Below are positions 1-8,403 of a DNA stretch of 32,000 nucleotides, in pieces. The DNA is from Schaalia odontolytica (GTDB lineage Bacteria; Actinomycetota; Actinomycetes; Actinomycetales; Actinomycetaceae): the NCBI RefSeq assembly GCF_005696695.1, contig NZ_CP040006.1, positions 2,040,001 through 2,072,000 on the forward strand, read 5' to 3'. The notes under the pieces are model-generated. The model was not told the DNA's origin and made no database searches. It saw nothing but the letters and a program-made list of their open reading frames with translations. The translations under genes and the position numbers were made by a program. Each line of letters opens with the position of its first letter. The stretch's first letter is position 1.

Positions 1-915
1 CGTCTCGGAGCTCTGGGCTTCGCCGGCGCCGCTCTGGGAGGGCTCGGTGGCCTCGGGTGCCGGGGTCTCGGCGGGGACCGGGCTCGCGGAATCGGTGATG
101 CCGAATACCTCCGCGATCGTCTGCTTGGCTGAGGTCAGCGGGGTGTGCAGCGCGATGACGGTCGAGTGATCCTTGATCAGCTCGGGTGTGCCGAGCCCGT
201 TGTTACGGCCGCTGTAGTTGGCATTCTGCCAGGCGGTGGTTGAGGCCTTGAGGTAGTCCTCGGCGGCGTTGAGCGGGAAGGTATCGATGACGTCGGAGGG
301 AACGCCCACCTCGGCGGCGATCGTCTTGACCTGCTTCCAGGAGGCCTCGAGGTTCTGGACGACGGTGCCGTTGGACGCCTGGTACTGGGAGGCGAAGTAG
401 GCGAGCAGCGCGTGGTGGAAGTCCACCCACTTGTCGGGCGCCTTCTGGGCAACGATCAGCGACGCGCTGGTCGCGGGCTTCAGGTAGTCCATGTTGACGG
501 TAATGACCGGCTGGAGCTCGAGGTTGTAGTACCCCTGGGCAGCCCAGGTGGTGAGGTCCTTGCCGACGGCGACATCGAGGTCGGAGCACACGTGGCAGGT
601 GTAGTCAAAGTATTCGGTGAGGGTAGGCAGGTTCGGATCCGCCTCGGTGACGACGCCGTTCCCATTGACGATGACCGGTCGACCGTCGGCGTAGATGCCG
701 AGGACGTCGGAGGCGTCGACGTTGCGCGCGGCGTTGACCTGCGCCTGCTGCTTCCAGATCACACCGCCGACGGCTGCGACGACCGCGAGGACGATCGCGA
801 CGACGGCGGAAATGACGATGATGCGGGTGCGGCGGTCAGCGCGCTCCTGCGCCTGGCGCATCTGCGCGGCTTTGGCGCGCACGGGGTCGACGGCCGGCTT
901 CTTCTTCTGAGCCAT
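1..915 (-). CDS. Membrane-anchored DsbA/thioredoxin-fold thiol-disulfide oxidoreductase (MdbA-like); 3' end lies beyond the left window edge
   Basis: Absent from the ORF track because the frame has no stop inside the window. Reverse-strand translation starts at ATG (complement of 913-915), with a GGAAGG Shine-Dalgarno about 7 nt upstream. It reads MAQKKKPAVDPVRAKAAQMRQAQERADRRTRIIVISAVVAIVLAVVAAVGGVIW (basic tail plus one TM helix), then ...NLPTLTEYFDYTCHVCSDLDVAVGKDL. That gives a CxxC (C-H-V-C) active site in a DsbA-like context. The frame stays open to base 1 (305 codons). Confidence 0.7.
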   Translation of the reverse strand, partial: MAQKKKPAVDPVRAKAAQMRQAQERADRRTRIIVISAVVAIVLAVVAAVGGVIWKQQAQVNAARNVDASDVLGIYADGRPVIVNGNGVVTEADPNLPTLTEYFDYTCHVCSDLDVAVGKDLTTWAAQGYYNLELQPVITVNMDYLKPATSASLIVAQKAPDKWVDFHHALLAYFASQYQASNGTVVQNLEASWKQVKTIAAEVGVPSDVIDTFPLNAAEDYLKASTTAWQNANYSGRNNGLGTPELIKDHSTVIALHTPLTSAKQTIAEVFGITDSASPVPAETPAPEATEPSQSGAGEAQSSET

Positions 916-975
916 GGACTCACCTTCCGAAAGTAGTTGAATGTTGTAAGAATATCGAGCGCAGCGTGATCACGC

Positions 976-2898
976 TTAGTGCGACAGCCCACCTGTGACG
1001 ATGAACCACGCACCCGCAAGGAACCCCACACAGCCTACCGCGAGGAGGCCTCGACCCCAGGCAGGACGCACGATCGTGCGCAGCGTTGTGGATACGCCAA
1101 CCCTCAGATCGGCGGCAAACGGCATGAGCCAGGCAGTCAGCATCATGAGCGCGGCGAGTGCCCACACGACGATCGTCCCGCGCGGGTCGCTCAGCCAGTA
1201 GTCCGTGCGATCAACTCCGGTGGACGCGACGACATCGGCGGGCCATGACCACAGGACGCGCCCCTCGCGCGAATAGGACACAAAGGCCCAGATCCCGTAT
1301 GGAACGAGGCCCCCGACGACGAGGCCGAGCGCCGTCGACAGGATCGAGCGCACCAGCAGGATCGGCGACATGGCGATGACGGCCGCCGTGTCGCTGGCCT
1401 TTGCTCCTCGCAGGATCCGACGACGCTCCAGCCACCGCGACATAGCACCGATCAGGCCGAAAGCGGTGAGAGCGATCCCCACGATCATGGATCCGGTGAG
1501 TCCAAAAAGGAAGGGCAGGGAGGCCAGGAGGGCCATCAGCGCACCGCCCGAGATCCACGTCCCCTTCGCGGTGGACGAGGACCCCTCCGCCGAAGCGGCG
1601 CCCATCCCCATCGCCGGGTTGGGGTTCCACTGCGGGCCCGTCGCCATCTGCTGTGCGGGGACGCCGGCCTGCGGATAGGGCTGCTGCCCGTAGCCGGGGG
1701 CAAAACCTGGATCATACGCACCCTGCGGCCCCGGGTACTGAGGCTGAGCGTAGGGGGCTATGACCTCGGTGGGATCCGAGTCGTCGACGCTCTGCCAGGT
1801 GTCGGTGGCGTCGTCGTGCCAGGCGACTTCCCCGGTGTCATCGGACCAGTCGCCATACCCCTGCGCCACCGACGCAGTGTCCACCACGTCGGTATGGTCG
1901 TTGGCCGCGGTGAACTCCGAGGCGTCGCGGCGCGGGTGCTGCGGATAGGAGACGGCGCGCGCGCCGGAGGCATCCGGGCGCTGCCCCGCATCCTCCCACT
2001 CGGGAGGCGCGGCGATCTCCTGGGGGTCAGAGTTCACCATCTGCGTGCGCATGCCCGTGTCGAGCAGCTGCGCCCAGTTCACGGTCACGTAGTCAAGCTC
2101 GCCGGGAGCCCACCCGACGGCGCTCATGAGATCGGCAACAATCAGGGAAGGTGACGGTCGATCGTTGGGATCGGGGGCGAGTCCGCCCGCGAGCGCGTCG
2201 GCGACCATGGGGTGCAGTCCGGCGAGGTCGGGGTCCCCTTCGAGGACGCGCAGCATCGTGGCGGACACGTCGCCCTTGCCGAACGGCGGGCGCCCGGTGG
2301 CGCAGGACAGCAGGGTGGCACACCACGCCCACCAGTCCGATTCCTTCGTGGCACCGTGGCCCTGCAGGAGTTCGGGCGCGGTGTACCCGGCCGTCCCCGA
2401 CACGAGGCCGGTGCTGGTCAGGTGCTGATCGGAGGTCGCCATCGCGATACCGAAGTCGATGAGGACCGGGCCGCGCGGCGAACAGATGATGTTGGAAGGC
2501 TTAATGTCGCGGTGGATGATGTTCGCATGATGAACGGCCGCGATCGTGGACGCCAAGTGGTAGGACAGGGCGGCGACGCCGCGCAGAGGAACCGGCCCGG
2601 AGACGAGGATTTCCGCGAGGGTTGGGCCCTCCACGTACTCCGAGACGACGAAAGGCTGGGAGGCCTCGGTTTCTGCATCGACGATGTGCGCGACGAAGGG
2701 TGAGCGCACGGAGTTTACGGTGCGCGTCTCGCGCTCCAGGCGCTGACGCGACTCCTCCGAGGCGGCCATCGCCGGGTGCATGGCTTTGAGGGCGACACGC
2801 GTGCCACCCCCGTCTTCGGCTAGCCAGACCGTCCCCGCCCCGCCCGTACCGAGCCGACGGATCAGCCTGTAGCCGCCCAGTTCCTCGCCTTCTTCCAC
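976..2898 (-). CDS. Hanks-type serine/threonine protein kinase with low-complexity linker and polytopic (about six-helix) C-terminal membrane domain
   Basis: 640-aa track ORF with a GTG start. Kinase motifs occur in order: G-loop GTGGAGTVW, VALK lysine, HRDIKPSNI catalytic loop, IDFGIA, GYTAPE. A Pro/Gln/Tyr-rich linker follows (PQYPGPQGAYDPGFAPGYGQQPYPQAG). Hydrophobic segments then include GALMALLASLPFLFGL, MIVGIALTAFGLIGAM, TALGLVVGGLVPYGIWAFV, IVVWALAALMMLTAWLMPF and LLAVGCVGFLAGAWFIV. Confidence 0.9.
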   Translation of the reverse strand: MEEGEELGGYRLIRRLGTGGAGTVWLAEDGGGTRVALKAMHPAMAASEESRQRLERETRTVNSVRSPFVAHIVDAETEASQPFVVSEYVEGPTLAEILVSGPVPLRGVAALSYHLASTIAAVHHANIIHRDIKPSNIICSPRGPVLIDFGIAMATSDQHLTSTGLVSGTAGYTAPELLQGHGATKESDWWAWCATLLSCATGRPPFGKGDVSATMLRVLEGDPDLAGLHPMVADALAGGLAPDPNDRPSPSLIVADLMSAVGWAPGELDYVTVNWAQLLDTGMRTQMVNSDPQEIAAPPEWEDAGQRPDASGARAVSYPQHPRRDASEFTAANDHTDVVDTASVAQGYGDWSDDTGEVAWHDDATDTWQSVDDSDPTEVIAPYAQPQYPGPQGAYDPGFAPGYGQQPYPQAGVPAQQMATGPQWNPNPAMGMGAASAEGSSSTAKGTWISGGALMALLASLPFLFGLTGSMIVGIALTAFGLIGAMSRWLERRRILRGAKASDTAAVIAMSPILLVRSILSTALGLVVGGLVPYGIWAFVSYSREGRVLWSWPADVVASTGVDRTDYWLSDPRGTIVVWALAALMMLTAWLMPFAADLRVGVSTTLRTIVRPAWGRGLLAVGCVGFLAGAWFIVTGGLSH

Positions 2899-3159
2899 GC
2901 CCTCAGCCTACCTGGCCCCTCCCCCATCTGCGGCCACCCGCGCGGGGCGGCCCCGGCCTCGTCCCTGAATGAGACGGGCGAACACACGCTGTCAATCCAT
3001 CATGTGGCCCGAACTGTACACCCGCGAGCGAGCGTGCTAACTTCGCTATTAGTCGCGCGCGCGGAACGATCCGCGTTCGCACTCCGTGGGCGAAGACGCT
3101 CCACGGTCACCCCACTACGGATCGTCCGGCACGTACCTGCCGGTGGGAAGGAAAACTCC

Positions 3160-4290
<1,131 letters not shown>

Positions 4291-4320
4291 CGCATAGCGC
4301 TCACGCACAGCGATAATCGG

Positions 4321-4361
4321 CCCCGGCCTCGTCCACTCGTACCTCCAGGACGAGGCCGGGG
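4321..4361 (+). terminator. GC-rich hairpin terminator after the ABC ATPase gene
   Basis: CCCCGGCCTCGTCC (4321-4334) pairs perfectly with GGACGAGGCCGGGG (4348-4361) across a 13-nt loop. It is followed by TTTCGC and lies 31 nt after the stop codon. Confidence 0.7.
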
Positions 4362-4445
4362 TTTCGCTATGCACACATGTGTTCTTGGCCGCGACTAGCG
4401 CACATGCCGCGTCGGGGCTATACGCGCGGCGCTGGAGATGAGAGA

Positions 4446-5717
4446 ATGGTTCTCATGGCTCTGGACATTACGGCGGCGGCAGTTGACCCCGCCCTTTTGG
4501 ACCTCCCGTGGGATGTTCCCCTCGAGGAGTGGCCGTCCAACCTACTCGCGGCACTTCCCCGCGGCATTTCCCGCCACATCGTGCGCTTCGTGAACCTGTC
4601 TGGCCGCGTGCTCGCGGTCAAGGAGATCGGCCCGACGGTCGCCCATCATGAGTACGACCGCCTGCGTGACCTGAAGCGGCTGGACGCCCCGTCCGTCCAA
4701 CCTGTCGCCGTCATCACGGGCCGCAAAAGCCCCGAGGGCGAGGAACTCAACGCCGTCCTCATCACCGAGCACCTGCAGTTCTCCCTCCCCTACCGCGCAC
4801 TCTTCTCCCTGTCGATGCGTGAAGACACCGCGACGCGCCTCATCGACGCGCTCGCTCTCCTCCTCGTTCGCCTCCACCTCCTGGGCTTCTACTGGGGCGA
4901 CGTCTCCCTGTCGAACACGCTGTTCCGCCGCGACGCGGGCGAGTTCGCCGCCTACCTGGTCGACGCCGAAACCGGCGAACTGCACCCGAAGCTCACCCCC
5001 GGCCAGCGCGAGTACGACGTCGACCTGGCCCGCACGAACATCATCGGCGAACTCATGGACCTCCAGGCCGGCGGCTTCTTCCCCGAAGACGCCGACCCCA
5101 TCGACGTCGGCGACCGCATCCGCACCCAGTACGACCTGCTGTGGACCGAAGTCACCGCCGAGGAATCCATCCCGAACGATCAGCGCCAGTACCTCGTCAG
5201 TGAGCGCATCCGCCGCCTCAACGACCTCGGTTTCGACGTCGCCGAGCTGCACATGTCCACCGATTCCTCCGGCGAGCGCCTCGTCATTCAACCCAAGGTG
5301 GTCGACGCCGGTCACCACAACCGCAAGTTCATGCGCCTGACCGGCATGGACGTCGGCGAGCATCAGGCTGCGCGTCTCCTCGCCGACATCGACGTGTGGC
5401 GCGCGACGAACGGCTTCCAGGACCTTCCCCTCGAGCAGGCCGCCCACGAGTGGCTCACCGACGTGTTCGCCCCCGTCGTGCGTGCGATTCCGCGCGAGCT
5501 GGCGGGCAAGCTGGAGTCCGCGCAGCTCTACCACGAGTATCTCGAGCACCGCTGGTACATGGCCCAGCAGGCCGGCCACGACGTGCCGCGCGAAGAAGCC
5601 GTGGCCTCGTACGTGGAGACGATCCTGCCCTCCAAGCGCGACGAGGCCGTCCTCATCGAGCCCGCCCCAGGTCGCGCGTCCATGCTCAGCGCCGAGGCGA
5701 ACCTCGACCTATGGTGA
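4446..5717 (+). CDS. DUF4032 domain protein (RIO/Kdo-kinase-like fold)
   Basis: Same frame as track ORF 4377..5717. ATG 4446 is preferred because of the GGAGATGAGA RBS just upstream (MVLMALDITAAAVDP...). The central block LVRLHLLGFYWGDVSLSNTLFRRDAGEFAAYLVDAETGE is what I recall for actinobacterial DUF4032. It resembles the RIO catalytic loop (HGDLSEYN) and metal-binding loop. The family assignment is from memory, not from a search. Confidence 0.65.
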   Translation: MVLMALDITAAAVDPALLDLPWDVPLEEWPSNLLAALPRGISRHIVRFVNLSGRVLAVKEIGPTVAHHEYDRLRDLKRLDAPSVQPVAVITGRKSPEGEELNAVLITEHLQFSLPYRALFSLSMREDTATRLIDALALLLVRLHLLGFYWGDVSLSNTLFRRDAGEFAAYLVDAETGELHPKLTPGQREYDVDLARTNIIGELMDLQAGGFFPEDADPIDVGDRIRTQYDLLWTEVTAEESIPNDQRQYLVSERIRRLNDLGFDVAELHMSTDSSGERLVIQPKVVDAGHHNRKFMRLTGMDVGEHQAARLLADIDVWRATNGFQDLPLEQAAHEWLTDVFAPVVRAIPRELAGKLESAQLYHEYLEHRWYMAQQAGHDVPREEAVASYVETILPSKRDEAVLIEPAPGRASMLSAEANLDLW

Positions 5718-5757
5718 GGGGGCACAACGCCCCATCCCGTTCACGCTAGGAGCACCT

Positions 5758-6501
5758 ATGTCTGAATTCCCCCGCATCTTTGCCCACAGGGGCGCGTCGT
5801 CCCTGGCTCCCGAGAACACGATCGCCGCGTTCGCCAAGGCCATGGAGGTCGGCGCGCGCTGGTTCGAGTTCGACGTGGACATCACGGGCGACGGCTCGCT
5901 GATCGTCATTCACGACGACACCTTGGACCGCACGACGACGGGGTCCGGCTCCTACTACCAGCTCGGGTTCTCGGATATTCGTCGGCTCGACGCCGGCCGC
6001 TGGTTCTCGGACACCTACCGCTTCGAGCGCATCCCCGAGGCCGCGGATGCCCTCGCGTTCGCGCATGCCCAGCAGATGGGCGCGAACCTGGAGATCAAGC
6101 CCTGCGCGGGCGGGGATCGGCTGCGCGAGCGCCTGATCGAGGCCCTGGCCGTCACGCTGGCCGGAGACAAGGTTCCCTCCCGACTCATCGTCTCCTCCTT
6201 CGACCACGACCTCCTCGGCTCCTTCCACGAGGCCTGCCCGACGGTTGCGCTCGGCTGGCTGATCGAGCGCGCCTCCGAGGAGTGGCGCGAGGGCGCGGCC
6301 GCCCTGGGTGCGACAGCAATTCATCCGGGCGTTGAGGGCCTCACCGAGTCCGACGTGCGCGCGATGCGCGACGCGGGCTTCGAGGTCAACGTGTGGACCG
6401 TCAACGACGTCGAGCAGGCCCGCGAGCTGGCCTCGTGGGGCGTCACCGGCATCTTCACGGATCGCCCGCAGGACTTCCCCGCCGAGGCCCTGAAGGCCTG
6501 A
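5758..6501 (+). CDS. ugpQ: Cytosolic glycerophosphodiester phosphodiesterase (GDPD family, UgpQ-like, 247 aa)
   Basis: ATG 5758 is preceded by an AGGAG RBS (MSEFPRIFAHRGASSLAPENT...). GDPD motifs are present: HRG...ENT, EFDV, IHDDTLDRTT, NLEIKP. No signal peptide. Length and layout match E. coli UgpQ. The track ORF start at 5482 overlaps the upstream gene and is rejected. Confidence 0.85.
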   Translation: MSEFPRIFAHRGASSLAPENTIAAFAKAMEVGARWFEFDVDITGDGSLIVIHDDTLDRTTTGSGSYYQLGFSDIRRLDAGRWFSDTYRFERIPEAADALAFAHAQQMGANLEIKPCAGGDRLRERLIEALAVTLAGDKVPSRLIVSSFDHDLLGSFHEACPTVALGWLIERASEEWREGAAALGATAIHPGVEGLTESDVRAMRDAGFEVNVWTVNDVEQARELASWGVTGIFTDRPQDFPAEALKA

Positions 6502-6550
6502 CGGGTTCGGGTGCTTCCGCGCCGCCACACTGAATTCCCTACGAACACGA

Positions 6551-6569
6551 GCGCGGGCCGTGCCCGCGC
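6551..6569 (+). terminator. Short perfect hairpin downstream of ugpQ
   Basis: GCGCGGGC-CGT-GCCCGCGC is an 8-bp GC stem with a 3-nt loop, 50 nt after the stop. There is no T-tract, so function is tentative. Confidence 0.4.
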
Positions 6570-6580
6570 CAGCATCGACA

Positions 6581-6616
6581 GAAAAAGCAGCCGGGGTCGC
6601 TCACGCGGCCCCGGCT
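6581..6616 (-). terminator. Rho-independent terminator of the 6645..7850 gene
   Basis: On the minus strand: AGCCGGGG (6616-6609), a 12-nt loop, CCCCGGCT (6596-6589), then GCTTTTTC (T-tract). It starts 29 nt after the stop codon. Confidence 0.75.
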
Positions 6617-6644
6617 ACCTCTTAGGTATGCGGCGGAAGGCTCC

Positions 6645-7850
6645 TTACGCCTCGCCCGCGCGGCGCGCGAAGCGCTTGGAGACGTGCTTGGCCAGGGACA
6701 GCTCGGCGATCGAGTCGACGACCATCAGGCCGCCCACGATGCCCGCGAAGCGCATCCAACCTGAACGCGGCGAGGAGGCGCGCACCGCGGCCACAAGCAT
6801 GCCGGTGCCGACGATGGCCTCGGCGGCGACGGCGGCATGGATGATCCACGGGCGCTCGACGGCCACGGACTCGTAGGAGTTCCACAGGGGCTTCACGACC
6901 GACTGCGGCTGGCCCATCATGATGTCGACGCTGCGACCAATCGCGTTGGAGATACCGCGAGCCAGGTGCACGGAGACACCCTCGACGTCCTCGAGGTCAG
7001 TGGTGCCCAGGAGGAAGCCGGCGACGGAGCCGGGCAGGCCGAGGGCGCGCACGACCTTCCACACGGATTCCTCGCCGGTCGTGGCCACGGAGGCCCACAG
7101 AGCGTCGGCGTCGGAGCCCGGGACAGCCTCGGCGATCTCCAGGAGGTCGAGACGGTCACCCACGAGATCAATGACCTCGCCGGGCAGTTCCGAGGTGCGG
7201 TCGTGTCCGCCGGGGACGATCGCGGCGTCCATGCCCCAGTTGTGGGAGATGATGTGCTCGAGGTGATCGTCGGTGACCAGGAAGACCTGGAATTCACCGT
7301 CCGTCACAGAGAGAGTCACGAGCGGCAGATCGCCGAAGTTCCAGCCCTCCTTCTCGGCGGGCAGCTCAGCGAGAAGTGCGCGGTGATCATCGGCGAGCTC
7401 AAGGTCACCGAGATCCACGCCCTCAAGGGCCGCGAGGAGCGGCACGGACGAGGCAGGGGTGCGGCCGATCTCGACAATGCGGGTCGGGGTAGGTTCAACG
7501 GCGGCGGCCTCCTCCTCATCGGAGGGCCAGACCTTGCCGAGCGGCGAGTCACCCTCGGGCAGGTGATCGGCCGTCGCGTTACCGATGCGCACCTCGGCGT
7601 CGAACAGAATGGCGAGCTCGTCGGCCAGTTCTGCGGGGGTGGGGCCGGGAACAACCTCGGTCGAGCCGGCGGGGACGGTCGCAACGCGTTCCTTGTCGAC
7701 GGCAACGTTCAGGCCAAGCAGCTGGGGCGAGGAGGGGAACCACTCGAGCTGGGCGAGGATCGAACGCTCCTTCAGCTCGCCGGCGACCACGCTGGGATCC
7801 AGATCGTGGCCGATGATCATGCCTTCAATGCGAGTCCATTCCTGGGCCAT
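6645..7850 (-). CDS. Hypothetical acidic protein (401 aa) with C-terminal two-helix membrane anchor
   Basis: Frame of track ORF 6645..7889. ATG 7850 is preferred (MAQEWTRIEGMIIGHDLDP...), with AGGAAGG 7 nt upstream. G/C-ending codons dominate, as in neighbouring genes. The N-terminal roughly 330 aa are D/E-rich and contain no motif I recognise. The C-terminus has hydrophobic segments AAVAAEAIVGTGMLVAAV and FAGIVGGLMVVDSIAEL followed by a basic tail. The gene has its own terminator. Confidence 0.6.
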   Translation of the reverse strand: MAQEWTRIEGMIIGHDLDPSVVAGELKERSILAQLEWFPSSPQLLGLNVAVDKERVATVPAGSTEVVPGPTPAELADELAILFDAEVRIGNATADHLPEGDSPLGKVWPSDEEEAAAVEPTPTRIVEIGRTPASSVPLLAALEGVDLGDLELADDHRALLAELPAEKEGWNFGDLPLVTLSVTDGEFQVFLVTDDHLEHIISHNWGMDAAIVPGGHDRTSELPGEVIDLVGDRLDLLEIAEAVPGSDADALWASVATTGEESVWKVVRALGLPGSVAGFLLGTTDLEDVEGVSVHLARGISNAIGRSVDIMMGQPQSVVKPLWNSYESVAVERPWIIHAAVAAEAIVGTGMLVAAVRASSPRSGWMRFAGIVGGLMVVDSIAELSLAKHVSKRFARRAGEA

Positions 7851-7943
7851 GTCGCTACCTTCCTGTCCGTGGTGAGGTCGTCCCACCACTCTATAGTTCC
7901 ATTGTGTCGCGTGGGTCGCTATTTCGCTCGCCCGCGCGGTCAG

Positions 7944-8171
7944 TTACGAGATTTTGTGTCGCTGTGCCCCGCCCCACTCGACGGCTGTGAAGCCGGTGCG
8001 CGCCGGCAGAGGCGCGAAAGTCTGCGCTTGGACGACGGTATTCGCATCGGCCTCGCAGATCGTCATGAACACCCGAATGAACGTATCCGGCGTGACCGTC
8101 GCCCCGGCCTCGTCCGTGAGCGTTCCAACGGGCGCGGCCGTCACAGTCCACGAGGCCTGGGTCCATCGCAC
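7944..8171 (-). CDS. Possible small protein (75 aa), function unknown
   Basis: Track ORF with a GTG start. Third codon positions are mostly G/C, as in real genes here. The overlapping 120-aa frame (7891..8253) is Arg-rich nonsense. The RBS is weak and I recognise no family. It could be a gene remnant. Confidence 0.3.
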   Translation of the reverse strand: MRWTQASWTVTAAPVGTLTDEAGATVTPDTFIRVFMTICEADANTVVQAQTFAPLPARTGFTAVEWGGAQRHKIS

Positions 8172-8330
8172 ACCATTCTTTCAGCATCCAACGCCCATCA
8201 TTGGGTGGTCCTCGCTGCGGCTCATTCCGCAGTTGCCCCATCATACGGCGCACAAACAGCCGGTTTCAAGAGGCGTGGAGAGGATCGCTGAGCCCAGCAG
8301 AGAGCCTCTCAGGTCCGCACGCGGACACGT

Positions 8331-8359
8331 TTGAGAACCGCGTCATACGTTGCTATCCT
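8331..8359 (+). promoter_or_regulatory. Candidate sigma-70-type promoter for the flotillin gene
   Basis: TTGAGA (8331-8336), a 17-nt spacer, then TATCCT (8354-8359), 45 nt upstream of the GTG at 8404. Sequence match only. Confidence 0.35.
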
Positions 8360-8403
8360 GACCGGTTACGCGGCTCTACGGAAAAGGGGGCCGCATCCCT
8401 CAC

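Noticed and set aside
3004-3159. N-terminal extensions suggested by the track for the ABC ATPase (3004), the GDPD (5482), xthA (20913), the methyltransferase (16234), the surface protein (21397), the DUF418 protein (29256) and gatD (31801)
   Set aside because: The extensions overlap neighbouring genes or translate to Arg-rich sequence unlike the families concerned. Internal starts with good RBSs reproduce canonical N-termini.
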